A stretch of DNA of 64,000 nt from Phormidium sp. Its GTDB lineage: Bacteria > Cyanobacteriota > Cyanobacteriia > Cyanobacteriales > Aerosakkonemataceae. The position numbers and the translations under genes are program-made. The notes under the pieces were generated by a model that did no database searches, had not been told where the DNA came from, and saw only the letters and a list, made by a program, of their open reading frames with translations. The stretch is taken from assembly GCA_051013385.1 (NCBI GenBank), contig CP143273.1, forward strand, positions 1,984,001 through 2,048,000, read 5' to 3'. Position 1 is the first letter of the stretch. The number at the start of each line of letters is the position of its first letter. This document shows, one piece after another, positions 1 to 10,766 of the stretch.

Positions 1-413
1 TGCTGCTGTTGTCGAATTGTCAATTGATGTCCAATCCGAACTAACACTTCTTCTGCTTGAAACGGTTTAATGATGTAATCTGCTGCGCCAGCTTTAAAGG
101 CTTTCACCTTATCATTAACATCATTCAAAGCACTTAAGAAAATTACGGGAATATCACGAGTGGCAGGATTAGCTTTGAGGAGCGAACAAACTTCATAGCC
201 ATCCATTTCTGGCATTCGGATATCCAACAAAATCAGTTCCGGGGGATTTGCTTGTACTGCACTCAAAGCGATTTTGCCACTAGTCGCTTGTCTCACCGTG
301 TAGGTTTCATCGCGTAAAATGGCAGACAAAGTGCGTAAATTGTCGGGTTGGTCATCGACAATCAAAATGCTGACTTTGGTTTTTATACTTGTCGGAACTG
401 TAACCATAGACAT
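1..413 (-). CDS. Response regulator (N-terminal REC domain), 3' part outside window
   Basis: Manual minus-strand translation from ATG 413/407: MSMVTVPTSIKTKVSILIVDDQPDNLRTLSAIL...PELILLDIRMPEMDGYEVC...IPVIFLSAL...AGAADYIIKPF; starts 17 bp after the kinase stop. Confidence 0.85.
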   Translation of the reverse strand, partial: MSMVTVPTSIKTKVSILIVDDQPDNLRTLSAILRDETYTVRQATSGKIALSAVQANPPELILLDIRMPEMDGYEVCSLLKANPATRDIPVIFLSALNDVNDKVKAFKAGAADYIIKPFQAEEVLVRIGHQLTIRQQQ

Positions 414-430
414 AAAATATACCCCCAACT

Positions 431-3400
431 TTAGGATTCCCAATTCAGCGGCAAATTAGCTAACTCCACAATGCGAGGAAATTCAAAGTTTTGTGTCAAT
501 TGGCGTAATCCAGCGGCAAGTTGGCTGTGATCCGAGGGAATCTGGTCAATCAATTCCAAAACTGCATCTTGATCGCAGGATAGCGCCCCGTAGTTTAATT
601 GAGCAATCCATTCTTCTGACATTACAGATAAACTCTCGGTAGTTAATGCCTGCGTCAGAGAAAGGTCAGATTGATTGGGCAATTGCGGCTCATTTTCAGC
701 ATAAATATAAGAGATACCTAAATATTTTGCCATTTTTTCAAACAGGGTTCCTTCTTGAAATGGCTTGCTAATGTAATCGTCACAGCCTGCGGCGAGGGCC
801 AGGTCACGATCGCTCTGTGAAGCATGGGCTGTCAGAGCAATAATAATCGATCGTTGATGTTGCAGATTGAGTTTTGATTGCTGATGTTCCAAATCTGCCT
901 CACTTTCCCGCCGGAGATTTTCTTGCTCTCGAATCCATTTTGCCGCTTCATAGCCATTGAGAACGGGCATCCGAATATCCATCCAGGTAAGATGAGGTTG
1001 CCAATCTTTCCAGATCGCGATCGCATCTTGCCCATTCATTGCTTCGCGCACATCTAATCCTAATTGAGTCAATAGTTTGACCAGCAATAAACGATTTTCG
1101 GGTTGGTCATCGACTACCAATATGCGATATTTAGGTTGATTGGGAACCAGTCCGATTACTTGGCGATCGTGTGGCTCTAGTTGTACTTCTGCACTGGTAG
1201 CAATTTCAGAGGGCAGGATCAGTTGGAATATACTGCCTGTTCCTACTGCACTAGTAGCAGTAATCTCTCCTCCTAGTAAGCGGGCAAGTTTCCGGCTGAT
1301 GGTTAAACCTAATCCTGTTCCTTCGGTTGTTCCTCTGCCAGCTTCAGCTTGTACGAAAGCATCAAAAATTGCATTCAGGTCTTTTTGGGCAATGCCACTG
1401 CCTGTATCTTCTACTTCAAATATCAGGAAGCGAAGGTTTGGCGGCTGATGATGATTTTCTGTAGTATTTTTTACCTCCTTTTGTTTATTATCCACTTTAA
1501 CGCGCAAGGTTATGCCTCCCCGTTTGGTGAATTTGATGGCGTTGCTGAGGAGGTTAATTAGTATTTGACGAAGTTTGCTGGCATCGGTGGTGATGTATTG
1601 GGGTAAAAGTGGGTCTATATGGAAGTTGAAGTCGAGGTCTCTTGCGATCGCACGTTGCCCAAACATACTACGAAGTGAATGTAATAGAGCAACTAAGTCT
1701 ATATTGCACAAGTTAATTGTGGTGTGTCCGGCTTCGATTTTCGACAAGTCTAATACATCATTAATCAAGTTGAGCAGGTGATCTCCACTGCGGCGAATAA
1801 TTTGCAGGTTTTCTTGCTGTTCGCTGTTGAGAGATAAATCATGGCTCATTACTTGAGTAAATCCGAGAATTACGTTGAGCGGAGTTCGTAATTCATGACT
1901 CATATTAGCCAGAAAAATGCTCTTGGCTTGATTTGCTACTTCGGCGGCTTCTTTGGCTTGTTGCAGTTGAATTTCAAAATGTTTGCGATCGGTGATATCT
2001 TGACCAATACCAAGGTAGTAGCCGTTGGAAAGTCGGACGTTTGCCCAAGAAGTGTGCAAAGTTTGACCGGAGGCTGTTAGGGTAATGCAATCTTTCCATT
2101 TGCCATTAGCTGCCATCATGTGATCTATTATTTCTTGGCGATAAGCAGGATCGGGATAACAGTCTATTAATATATTTCGTTGTTGCCATTCTTCTAGTGA
2201 CCAGCCTAATACTTTTTGGACTTCGGGATTAATGAATTCAATTATGTTGTTTTGGTTAAACATGGCAACCATGATCGGAATGTGATCGAACATGGCTTGC
2301 AGGATTTCTTTTTGATGTTTTAGTTCGATTTCGGCGCGTTTGCGATCGGTAATATCCCGTACCATAACCAACACTTGATCTTGCTGTAATGGCACAATTC
2401 GCACTTCTTCATAAACTAGTCGGTCTTTGATGAAAATTTGATGCTCATAAATTTGCATCTTTCCGGTTTGGAAAGCCTTTTGCATATAATCTATGTAGAT
2501 TTGAGCTAGTTCATTAGGCAAGACATCAAACACATTGATATTGTGACGGATCTGGTCTGGATTGATCAGATTAAACTCACTGTTAGAAATAAAATCCAGA
2601 TAAGTACCATCAGAACGCATCCTAATTAGTAAGTCGGGAATGGCTTCAATAATCGCTTGTTTTGTGGCTTCGCTTTGACGTAACGCTTCTTCGGCTCGAT
2701 GTTGCAAAGTCACATCAACCGCTACTCCTCCTACTAATGTTTGTCCAGAAGGATCGGGAATGGGGAATTTATAAACTAGAAAATTACCCATTTCACCACC
2801 TCGATGGGGAGCGACTTCAATTGCTTCAACTACCTGATTCGTTTGCACAACAGTTTGAATATTCTCAAGAAATTGTTGGGCAACTTTTTGGGGATAAATT
2901 TCAAAAATAGATTTGCCAACTAAATCTTCAATAGGTACATGAAAAGTGTGAAGGTATGTTTGGCTCACATATAGGATTATCCCATTTTCATCAGTAATCC
3001 AGGCAGGGGCAGGGCTATGATTCATGAATGCTTGGAAGCGGGCTTCACTTTGGCGCAGTGCGGCTTCAGCTTGTTCGCGTTCGTCTTCCATGCGTTTGCG
3101 ATCGCTAATATCTCGCAAAAATGCGGTAAAGACTGTCTCGCCACCTAGTTGCAATTTCGAGATTGAGGCTTCCGCAGGAAATTCGCTGCCATCTTTGCGA
3201 CGACCAAAAATTTCCCCTCGCTCTCCAAGTGGGCGATGAGTTTCTACACCACCCATGCGTCGTGCTTTACCACTTGATTGACCAAAGTTATAAACGTGGT
3301 GATTGTGAACATCGGCAAAGCGAGATGGTAGTAATTGCTCTAAAGGTTGTCCTAAAATTTCGTCAGCTTTGTAGCCAAAAATCTTTTCTGCCCCTTGGTT

Positions 3401-5596
3401 AAATAGGCTAATTCGCTGATTAATATCGACTGAAATAATCGCATCGTTAGCGATTTCGAGAATTCCGGCAAAACGTGCTTGGGAGATGCGTAAAGTTTCT
3501 TCGGCTTGTTTGCGATCGCTAATATCAACTAATAACCCATCCCATGCTTCTCCTTCTGGTGAATACTGTGCCTGAGAATTGCCTTGTATCCACTTGTGTT
3601 TCCCCGATGGAGTGGCGATCCGTCCTTCCCAGTGCCACGCTAAAAAATGTTCTACGGCATAGCTAACTGATGATATAAATGATGGCAAATCGTCTGGGTG
3701 AATCAAATTGACAAAGGAATTCGCATCTTCAATGATTGTCTCTGGCGCTAACTCAAGTAATTCTAATGATTGAGGACTAACAAAGGTAAAATAATGTGGT
3801 TTGTCGGCAGTAGGAGGGTAGTAGCGATAAACCATACCGGGCATATTTGTCACCAATGCCTCGAACTTAGCTTGACTGGATTGTAGGGCAAGTTCTGCTC
3901 GTTTGCGATCGCTAATGTCCTTCATGAAACAGTAATTTCCCGAAAGCTGCTGTTGTTCGTCGTAGCAGGCAATCATCACCAGTTGTTTATAAAAAACTGA
4001 ACCATCCCGGCGTATTCCTCTAGTTTCAACCTCTACCCTGCCCTCTCGCACCATCTGGTGATAAATAGCGATCATTTTTTCTAATTCATCGGGATGTACT
4101 GTCAGCTGCCAAGACATCCCAATCATTTCTTCCGGTTGGTAGCCAGTGATGCTGGCATAAGTTCTATTAACGTAGAGGTAGCGTCCTTGAACATCTAGTT
4201 TGGAAATACCTGAGACTGCATTTTCTAAGACTCCAGTCATTTCTCGCAACTCTGCTTCTGCCTGCTTCAGGTTGCTAATATCGATGAATGTCACCACAAT
4301 TTGTTTGAGTTGATTTTTGAGATCGAATTCGGGAAATGCTGTAGCTAATACCCAAACTTTTGGCGCAGAGCCTCTGCTAATTCCTAGCACATAATTTTCC
4401 AGAGAAATTCCTGTAGATAAAACTCGATTCACAGGGTATTCCTCTTCCGCCATGATAGTTTCGTCTTCACGAATAAAATGCCATGAGGGATCGATCGCTG
4501 TTTTTCCCAACATTTGATCCATCGACAGCCCTAATAAATCACAAGCTGTTACATTACACAGCAAAATGCTAGTATCAGGTGCATGAACTACAAACCCAGC
4601 ATCTAAGTGATCGATCAGTTGGCGATATCTGCTTTCACTTTCTCGCAAAGTTTCTTCTACTTGCCGTCGTTCGATGATTTCTATCTGTAGCTGTTGGTTG
4701 ATTTTTTTGGTTTTTTGAATTTGTTTTTCTGATTGTTGTGCAAGAAAAACTGTTAGTGCTAAAGTCCAAGCAGCAATTAAACCACTAATTAAGACTATTT
4801 TAGGGAGAAGGAATGGCTCACGGGCGATCGATGCTGGATTTGGTATAATTTCTAGTTTCCAGTCCAGGCTATAAGCTGAAATTGTAATGGTTTTTTTTAA
4901 TAATGGGGATTGGATCTGTGAGCCTTGAATGTAAATTAATTCATTATTTTCATAAACTTTTACTTGATAACCTTTCGATACTCGTAAGCTGCTATCCAAT
5001 AGTGCCGGAATTGGGAAAACACCAATAATAAATCCATCAGGACGATCTGCTGTAAATAAAGGGATAACTGCCAAAATGTCCTGAGTTTCTTTACTTCCTG
5101 GAATCTGTAAACTATAGCGTAATAGAACTGGTTGACGGCGAGTTTGTGCGAGTTTTAAGGCAGCTTGCTTTATGGCGTTTTGGTTAAGGTTTAAGTTCTG
5201 AGTTTTTGGTTTTTCGCGTGGCGAAGCGACAATCCAATGTATGTTAGATGATGGCACGATTAGTTCGATCGCTTGATATTCACCAAAGTCCTTCTCTAAG
5301 GCAGCTGCGTCAGCTTCCCAGAAAGCTTTATTTGTCCCACTGCTTGTTTGCCAACGCTTTGCCATCCGTTGCAGTGCCAAAACTCTTTCTGTCAGTTCTT
5401 CTTTGAACTCCGATTCAATTGCTGTGACTTCTTGCTGAACTAACTGCTCAATGTGCTGTTGTTCCTGTGTTAATAACTGCTGCCACAGTCCAAAAACTGC
5501 GAGTGTGGCGACAATGCCCAGCAACAGTGGCAGCCAGTAACGTAGAGTTTGCCTTCTAAGCCATTGAAAGTATTTATACCAGTAAGAGCGCTTCAC
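431..5596 (-). CDS. Membrane-bound multi-PAS hybrid histidine kinase (CHASE-like sensor, ~7 PAS/PAC, HisKA, HATPase, REC)
   Basis: Two TM segments, repeated DISDRK PAC ends, [15 protein letters not shown]-box, [25 protein letters not shown]...MDIRMP...KPF; AGGAGG RBS before GTG. Confidence 0.95.
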   Translation of the reverse strand: MKRSYWYKYFQWLRRQTLRYWLPLLLGIVATLAVFGLWQQLLTQEQQHIEQLVQQEVTAIESEFKEELTERVLALQRMAKRWQTSSGTNKAFWEADAAALEKDFGEYQAIELIVPSSNIHWIVASPREKPKTQNLNLNQNAIKQAALKLAQTRRQPVLLRYSLQIPGSKETQDILAVIPLFTADRPDGFIIGVFPIPALLDSSLRVSKGYQVKVYENNELIYIQGSQIQSPLLKKTITISAYSLDWKLEIIPNPASIAREPFLLPKIVLISGLIAAWTLALTVFLAQQSEKQIQKTKKINQQLQIEIIERRQVEETLRESESRYRQLIDHLDAGFVVHAPDTSILLCNVTACDLLGLSMDQMLGKTAIDPSWHFIREDETIMAEEEYPVNRVLSTGISLENYVLGISRGSAPKVWVLATAFPEFDLKNQLKQIVVTFIDISNLKQAEAELREMTGVLENAVSGISKLDVQGRYLYVNRTYASITGYQPEEMIGMSWQLTVHPDELEKMIAIYHQMVREGRVEVETRGIRRDGSVFYKQLVMIACYDEQQQLSGNYCFMKDISDRKRAELALQSSQAKFEALVTNMPGMVYRYYPPTADKPHYFTFVSPQSLELLELAPETIIEDANSFVNLIHPDDLPSFISSVSYAVEHFLAWHWEGRIATPSGKHKWIQGNSQAQYSPEGEAWDGLLVDISDRKQAEETLRISQARFAGILEIANDAIISVDINQRISLFNQGAEKIFGYKADEILGQPLEQLLPSRFADVHNHHVYNFGQSSGKARRMGGVETHRPLGERGEIFGRRKDGSEFPAEASISKLQLGGETVFTAFLRDISDRKRMEDEREQAEAALRQSEARFQAFMNHSPAPAWITDENGIILYVSQTYLHTFHVPIEDLVGKSIFEIYPQKVAQQFLENIQTVVQTNQVVEAIEVAPHRGGEMGNFLVYKFPIPDPSGQTLVGGVAVDVTLQHRAEEALRQSEATKQAIIEAIPDLLIRMRSDGTYLDFISNSEFNLINPDQIRHNINVFDVLPNELAQIYIDYMQKAFQTGKMQIYEHQIFIKDRLVYEEVRIVPLQQDQVLVMVRDITDRKRAEIELKHQKEILQAMFDHIPIMVAMFNQNNIIEFINPEVQKVLGWSLEEWQQRNILIDCYPDPAYRQEIIDHMMAANGKWKDCITLTASGQTLHTSWANVRLSNGYYLGIGQDITDRKHFEIQLQQAKEAAEVANQAKSIFLANMSHELRTPLNVILGFTQVMSHDLSLNSEQQENLQIIRRSGDHLLNLINDVLDLSKIEAGHTTINLCNIDLVALLHSLRSMFGQRAIARDLDFNFHIDPLLPQYITTDASKLRQILINLLSNAIKFTKRGGITLRVKVDNKQKEVKNTTENHHQPPNLRFLIFEVEDTGSGIAQKDLNAIFDAFVQAEAGRGTTEGTGLGLTISRKLARLLGGEITATSAVGTGSIFQLILPSEIATSAEVQLEPHDRQVIGLVPNQPKYRILVVDDQPENRLLLVKLLTQLGLDVREAMNGQDAIAIWKDWQPHLTWMDIRMPVLNGYEAAKWIREQENLRRESEADLEHQQSKLNLQHQRSIIIALTAHASQSDRDLALAAGCDDYISKPFQEGTLFEKMAKYLGISYIYAENEPQLPNQSDLSLTQALTTESLSVMSEEWIAQLNYGALSCDQDAVLELIDQIPSDHSQLAAGLRQLTQNFEFPRIVELANLPLNWES

Positions 5597-5783
5597 TTGA
5601 ACCTCCTAAGCCGACACCAAAACTTGCTCCTCAGCCAATTATGCTTGGGTTACTTCTTGAGAAATTGAAGTCCTGAAGGATTGGTTGGTTGTCCTTTTAT
5701 ACTATTTGATATCTAGGAACTAAATGTAAAAAATACAGAAACTTTAATAGGGCGTATGCCAAAATAATTGCTGGGTGCGATCG

Positions 5784-6251
5784 CTATTTCCGGCAGCAAT
5801 TTAAAATATGCGTCGCCACAGTTTCCGCTACAGGCATTACTGATAAACGATTACCTTGTTTAACAACTAAAAGTTCATCGGGGCTAAATTCTTGTTTGAG
5901 CTTTTCTAAAGTAATAATTTGGGGGAAAACTTCTTTAAATTCCACAATTACAGTTTGCCAACGTGGAGATTGGGGAGTAGATTTAGGGTCGTAATATTTA
6001 CTTTTAACATCGAATTGAGTGGGATCGACAACATTGTTTTCGCTCACGCGCATTAACCCAACAATTCCCGGAGGATTGGCGTTGGAATGATAAAAAAATG
6101 CTAAGTCACCTGGGTTCATTTGGCGGAGGAAATTTCGCGCTTGATAGTTACGCACACCATCCCAAATAGTTTGGCGATCGCGCTCCAAATGAGTTATACT
6201 ATAAACCTCTGGTTCCGATTTCATTAACCAATAATTAGTCAAGTTTGCCAC
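5784..6251 (-). CDS. EVE domain protein
   Basis: YWLMKSEP, WDGVRNYQARNFLR, GDLAFFYHS and RLSVMPV signatures. Confidence 0.92.
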   Translation of the reverse strand: MANLTNYWLMKSEPEVYSITHLERDRQTIWDGVRNYQARNFLRQMNPGDLAFFYHSNANPPGIVGLMRVSENNVVDPTQFDVKSKYYDPKSTPQSPRWQTVIVEFKEVFPQIITLEKLKQEFSPDELLVVKQGNRLSVMPVAETVATHILNCCRK

Positions 6252-6301
6252 CTTTTTGGAAAACCGCTACAATACTTTTACCTTTGAGTTTTAATCATAC
6301 T

Positions 6302-7783
6302 ATGGTACAAGCCCCAGCACGCACCGCTACAGATTTAGCCCAATTAGCAATTAGTCTGATTAAAAAAGCTGGATGCGAATATGGAGATGTGCGAATTTGT
6401 ACATATCGAAGACAGTATTTAACAGCACGCGATCGGTCTTTAAGTAACCTTTCAGATAACGTAAGTTCTGGTTTTGGCGTGCGTGTATTACTCAATGGAT
6501 CGTGGGGATTTGCTGCTAGTCCTCATAAAACTCCCGCTGAAGTGGAACGTATCGTTAATTTAGCAGTAGAAATTGCCCAAGGAAGTCGCCTTTCTCAACA
6601 GAAAAAAGTAGAATTAGTCCCGGTAGAAGCTTATCGCGATACCTACATTACTCCCATTGAAATCGATCCTTTTTCTGTGCCAATTGCCCAAAAAGCAGAT
6701 TTACTTTTAAATATTAACGAAAAACTGTTGAGTTATGGGGAAAAAGGAATCAAAAAAGCGTATTCTTCCTTAGAATTAACTCGCGAAGATAAAGTTTTTG
6801 CCTCTACAGTTGGTTCCTTAATTGAGCAAACAATTTATCGCAGTTATCCCATATTTAGTTGTACGGCAATTGCTAACGGTGATGCCCAAAGTCGGACTTA
6901 CGAACGTCCCCCTTTAAACCAAGGTTACGAAAATATTAACCCAGCAGATTTGTTAGCACAAATAGATAGAGTAGCACAAGAAGCAATTGAAAAAGTTAAC
7001 GCTCCCAAAGGGCCATCTGGGATTAACACAACCTTGATTCTCAAACCGACAAATGTTTGGTTAACTATTCATGAATCCGTCGGACATCCCACAGAATTAG
7101 ACCGAGTTTATGGCTACGAAGCTAACTTTGCGGGAACGAGTTTTGCTACTATTGATAAGTTAGGAAAACTGCAATATGGGGCACCTTGGGTTAATTTTAA
7201 ATGCGATCGCACCCAGCCAGCAGGACGCAGCACCGTAGGTTATGATGATGAAGGCGTACCTGCACAAGAATGGTATGTGGTTAAAGACGGAATTTTAGTG
7301 GATTATTTGACCGATCGCGAAACCGCTTATCGTCTCGGTCGTCCTAACAGTAACGGTTGCGCTTTTGCTGATAGTTGGTCTAGCGTTCCAATGGTGAGAA
7401 TTCCCAATTTAGGATTAGAACCAGGGCTAGAAAACGGTTCGCATACTGCGAGTTTAGCAGAAATGATTGCTGATACCGAAGATGGCATTTTAATTGATGG
7501 TTATGGAACTTTTTCGATCGACCAACAAAGACGCAATTTTCAATTCGGTGGCGATGCTTTTTGGAAAGTTGAAAAAGGCAAAATTGTCGGGATGTTAAAA
7601 GATGTCAATTACCATTCTATGACCACTGATTTTTGGAATAGCGTTGATGCAGTAGGGCCTGCTTCTGAACGTCAACAATGTGGTACAGATTCCTGCGGCA
7701 AAGGAGAACCAATGCAAGTTGCCCAAATGTCTCACGCTTGCGTTCCGGTGCGCGTTCGTAACATTCAAGTTAGCGCGTCATAA
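6302..7783 (+). CDS. tldD: TldD family metalloprotease
   Basis: HESVGH zinc motif and C-terminal CGKGEP; start moved to ATG 6302 to avoid overlap with the EVE gene. Confidence 0.9.
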   Translation: MVQAPARTATDLAQLAISLIKKAGCEYGDVRICTYRRQYLTARDRSLSNLSDNVSSGFGVRVLLNGSWGFAASPHKTPAEVERIVNLAVEIAQGSRLSQQKKVELVPVEAYRDTYITPIEIDPFSVPIAQKADLLLNINEKLLSYGEKGIKKAYSSLELTREDKVFASTVGSLIEQTIYRSYPIFSCTAIANGDAQSRTYERPPLNQGYENINPADLLAQIDRVAQEAIEKVNAPKGPSGINTTLILKPTNVWLTIHESVGHPTELDRVYGYEANFAGTSFATIDKLGKLQYGAPWVNFKCDRTQPAGRSTVGYDDEGVPAQEWYVVKDGILVDYLTDRETAYRLGRPNSNGCAFADSWSSVPMVRIPNLGLEPGLENGSHTASLAEMIADTEDGILIDGYGTFSIDQQRRNFQFGGDAFWKVEKGKIVGMLKDVNYHSMTTDFWNSVDAVGPASERQQCGTDSCGKGEPMQVAQMSHACVPVRVRNIQVSAS

Positions 7784-7835
7784 CTAACAATTTTATCTGT
7801 GTTTATCTGTGTTCATTTCTGGTTTAATATGTGAT

Positions 7836-9182
7836 ATGACCGTAGCAACAGCAGCGAATATTCTTAACGAAGATCAAGCCCTTTCTTTAGTAGAAAAAGT
7901 CATCAAAAAATCGACAGCAGAGGGCGTTTTTGTCAGCTTAAGCATGGGAGAATCATCTCTGAGTCGTTACTCAGAAAATCAGATTACTCAAAATATCAGT
8001 AACTCAGAATTTAACCTGACAGTTACCAGTTATTTTGGCAAACGTAGCGCTTCTGCTTCCACAACAGAATTTGATGAAGATGCGATCGCGCAAACAATTC
8101 AACTCTCGGAAGAATTAGCCAAAATTGCGCCCGAAGATCCCGAATGGGTGCCACTTTTAGAACCGCAAATTTACGAAGAACGTACCCCCGCTTTTGATTT
8201 AGCAACCGCCTCATTTTCTCCCTTAGCTAGAGGAGAAATCATTCAAAAAGTTTGCCAAAAAAGTATCAAAGCGGGCATTAATGGTTCGGGAACTCTCAGT
8301 ACAGACGCATTTTTATCTGCTATTGGTAATTCTCAAGGTTTACGAGCAACGGATCGAGGAACCAAGGCAAAGTTTAGTTTTACTGGTAAAATTGAAGATG
8401 GTTCTAGTTGGTGCGATCGCACAAGTTTTGCGATTAATCAATTGCCGATCGAACTATTAACCGAACAAATAATCGATCGCGCTTTTGCATCCCGTCATCC
8501 CCGTGAAATCAACCCCGGTAAATATCCAGTAATTTTAGATGCCCCAGCTGTTAACGGATTACTAAGGGCAGTAATGTGGAGTTTAGACGCACGCGCCGCC
8601 GATGAAGGGCGTTCTTTCATGTCGCGCATCGACGCAAATGGAAAGCCTGTAGGTAATCGTTTAGGTGAAGCGATGTTTAGCCCTTTAGTGCAAATAAATC
8701 GCGATCCAGCCCATCCTTTATTACAATTAGGAACTAGCTTTAGTGATGGATTAAGTAATAACTATTTAGCGTTAATTAAAGACGGAATTCCCCAAATTTT
8801 ATCCTACAGTCGCTACTGGGCACAACAGCAAGGGAAATCACCCACAGGTTATTTTTATCCCTTAGTTATGCAGGGTACAGAACAAAGCTTAAATGATTTA
8901 ATTGCCCAAACAGAACGCGGAATTTTAGTCAGTCGAACTTGGTATGTAAATTTCGTCAATCCCAGAACTTTAGAAGTTACCGGAATGACTCGCGACGGTA
9001 CTTTTTGGATTGAAGACGGCAAGATTGCTTACCCGATTAAAAACTTCCGTTTCAATCAAAACTTGTCAGAAATGTTGCGCGATGTTGATGCTTTGAGTGC
9101 TGTTGAAAGATCCAGCAATAGTGTTGTACCAGGAATCAGAGTGAAACAGTTTAATTTCAGCAGTATCAGCGACAGTGTTTAA
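7836..9182 (+). CDS. pmbA: TldE/PmbA family non-catalytic partner
   Basis: No HExxH; TGMTRDGTFWIEDGKI...PIKNFRF motif; directly follows tldD. Confidence 0.85.
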   Translation: MTVATAANILNEDQALSLVEKVIKKSTAEGVFVSLSMGESSLSRYSENQITQNISNSEFNLTVTSYFGKRSASASTTEFDEDAIAQTIQLSEELAKIAPEDPEWVPLLEPQIYEERTPAFDLATASFSPLARGEIIQKVCQKSIKAGINGSGTLSTDAFLSAIGNSQGLRATDRGTKAKFSFTGKIEDGSSWCDRTSFAINQLPIELLTEQIIDRAFASRHPREINPGKYPVILDAPAVNGLLRAVMWSLDARAADEGRSFMSRIDANGKPVGNRLGEAMFSPLVQINRDPAHPLLQLGTSFSDGLSNNYLALIKDGIPQILSYSRYWAQQQGKSPTGYFYPLVMQGTEQSLNDLIAQTERGILVSRTWYVNFVNPRTLEVTGMTRDGTFWIEDGKIAYPIKNFRFNQNLSEMLRDVDALSAVERSSNSVVPGIRVKQFNFSSISDSV

Positions 9183-9199
9183 TTTTAACTAGGAATTAC

Positions 9200-9215
9200 G
9201 CAATATTGCTATAAT
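9200..9215 (+). promoter_or_regulatory. Putative extended -10 promoter with overlapping palindromic operator for the TA operon
   Basis: TG-C-TATAAT at 9207-9215 overlapped by perfect palindrome GCAATATTGC (9200-9209); AGGAG RBS at 9235. Confidence 0.5.
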
Positions 9216-9247
9216 TCAAGGTAAAATTAATACTAGGAGCAACAGCT

Positions 9248-9514
9248 ATGAATATCACCTTAAAAACCGAACAAGCTGAGTTAATTCAACAAAAGATAAA
9301 CAGCGGTAAATACAACAATGCAGACGAAGTAATTGGCGAAGCATTACAATTATTAGAGCAACGCGATCGAGAGTATGAAAATTGGGTAGAAGAAACAAGG
9401 GAAAAAGTAAATGTAGCCCAAGAAGAACTCAGGCGCGGTGAAGGAATTGACGGAAATATAGTTGTCGCTCAATTGAAAGAAAAATTACATCAAATGCGCC
9501 AGAAACAAGCATGA
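9248..9514 (+). CDS. parD: Type II antitoxin, ParD/CC2985 family
   Basis: MNITLK...SGKYNNADEVIGEALQLL RHH-type N-terminus; ATGA overlap with toxin. Confidence 0.85.
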   Translation: MNITLKTEQAELIQQKINSGKYNNADEVIGEALQLLEQRDREYENWVEETREKVNVAQEELRRGEGIDGNIVVAQLKEKLHQMRQKQA

Positions 9515-9819
9515 ATCGTTACATTATTTCTCCTTCTGCTAGTCGCGATTTAAACGAAATTATAGATTATTTTGCCAACCTCAATGTTGAGACAGGAGAG
9601 CGGTTAATTGCAGCGTTCGAGAAAAAATGTCAAAACTTAATCAACTTTCCGATGATAGGAAGGAGTTATGAAGATATTAAAGCAGGTTTGCGCGGTTTAC
9701 CTTTAGATGGGTATGTCATTCTTTACCAAGTTACTGCCAATACTTTAGAAATTCTTCGGGTAGTACATCGTTCGCGCAATTTAAAAGCATTATTTGAGTC
9801 AGAGCAAGATGAGATTTAA
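9511..9819 (+). CDS. parE: Type II toxin, RelE/ParE family
   Basis: SPSASRDLNEI...FPMIGR...GLR...YVILY...EILRVVHRSR pattern. Confidence 0.85.
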   Translation: MNRYIISPSASRDLNEIIDYFANLNVETGERLIAAFEKKCQNLINFPMIGRSYEDIKAGLRGLPLDGYVILYQVTANTLEILRVVHRSRNLKALFESEQDEI

Positions 9820-9989
9820 ACAGAAGTAGAAGTGCAAAAAAGTACGATCGCTTCTGTATTTTGCAGTTAAACTACATCCATACTCACAAAGAATTGAAGA
9901 CTAATAGAAGTTGTGAGCATAGCAATCTTTGCCAGGGCTAATTATAATAATACAGCATCCTAAATAACTTGTGAACTCATCTCCTTGTT

Positions 9990-10026
9990 CTCTCTGCGTT
10001 CTCTGCGTCTCTGCGGTTCAAAAAAA
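9990..10026. repeat. Short CTCTGCG-type dispersed repeat
   Basis: CTCTCTGCGTTCTCTGCGTCTCTGCGGTTCAAAAA; related inverted copy at ~44596-44655. Confidence 0.6.
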
Positions 10027-10046
10027 GCCTTAAAAACTAACCCAAA

Positions 10047-10667
10047 ATGAACAATCGACTCACACAACAAATCCAATTTATCACCGAAATTGACAAACTA
10101 AAAAACATCCTGCGCCAAACCAAATTAACCGATAGTTCCCGCCAAGAAAACAGCGCCGAACACTCGTGGCATATAGCAATTATGGCAATAATTTTAGCCG
10201 AATATGCAGCACCAGAAGTGGATATTATCAAAGCAATTAAAATGCTATTAATTCACGATTTAATCGAAATCGATGCGGGGGATACATTCTGTTACGACGT
10301 AAAAGCAAACTTAGACAAAGCGCAAAGGGAAATCAAAGCAGCAACCCGAATTTTTGGTTTGTTACCTTCAGAACAAGCGAAAGAATTAACCCAACTTTGG
10401 GAAGAATTCGAGGAATCAAAAACTGAGACTGCTAAATTTGCGATCGCCCTAGATCGCCTCCAACCCCTCCTGCAAAATAAACAAAATCACGGCGGAACTT
10501 GGAAAATTCACGGAATTACCGAAAACTTAGTCAGAAAAAGAATGTCTCCTGTACAAGAAGCATCACCCATTCTCGGTAAATTAGTTGAAGAAGTTATAGC
10601 TGATTGTATCGCCGCAGGTTATTTGAAACCAGAACCATTAACCCAGTTAATCCCAGATAAATTGTAG
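10047..10667 (+). CDS. HD-domain phosphohydrolase (YfbR/HDDC2-like)
   Basis: ENSAEHSWH, IHDLIEIDAGD and ALDRLQP motifs. Confidence 0.9.
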   Translation: MNNRLTQQIQFITEIDKLKNILRQTKLTDSSRQENSAEHSWHIAIMAIILAEYAAPEVDIIKAIKMLLIHDLIEIDAGDTFCYDVKANLDKAQREIKAATRIFGLLPSEQAKELTQLWEEFEESKTETAKFAIALDRLQPLLQNKQNHGGTWKIHGITENLVRKRMSPVQEASPILGKLVEEVIADCIAAGYLKPEPLTQLIPDKL

Positions 10668-10713
10668 ATTTAGTACAAATCCTGGTAACACATCTTCCCC
10701 TGAGAATTAAAAA

Positions 10714-10760
10714 GGTGCGTTATTAACTGAGATCTTGCACCTGAGATTAACGCACCCTAC
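10714..10760. repeat. REP-like inverted repeat between convergent genes
   Basis: GGTGCGTTA...TAACGCACCCTAC; loop contains CTGAGATCTTGCACC, related to 30033-30047. Confidence 0.6.
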
Positions 10761-10766
10761 GGAATT

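Noticed and set aside
832..3402. Short ORFs overlapping the large kinase (and similar shadow ORFs elsewhere)
   Set aside because: Antisense or alternate-frame shadows of well-supported genes with no recognisable motifs
6302..9819. tldD/pmbA plus ParDE as a RiPP or defence cluster
   Set aside because: No precursor peptide or modifying enzymes nearby; the TA pair has its own candidate promoter and looks like an independent insertion
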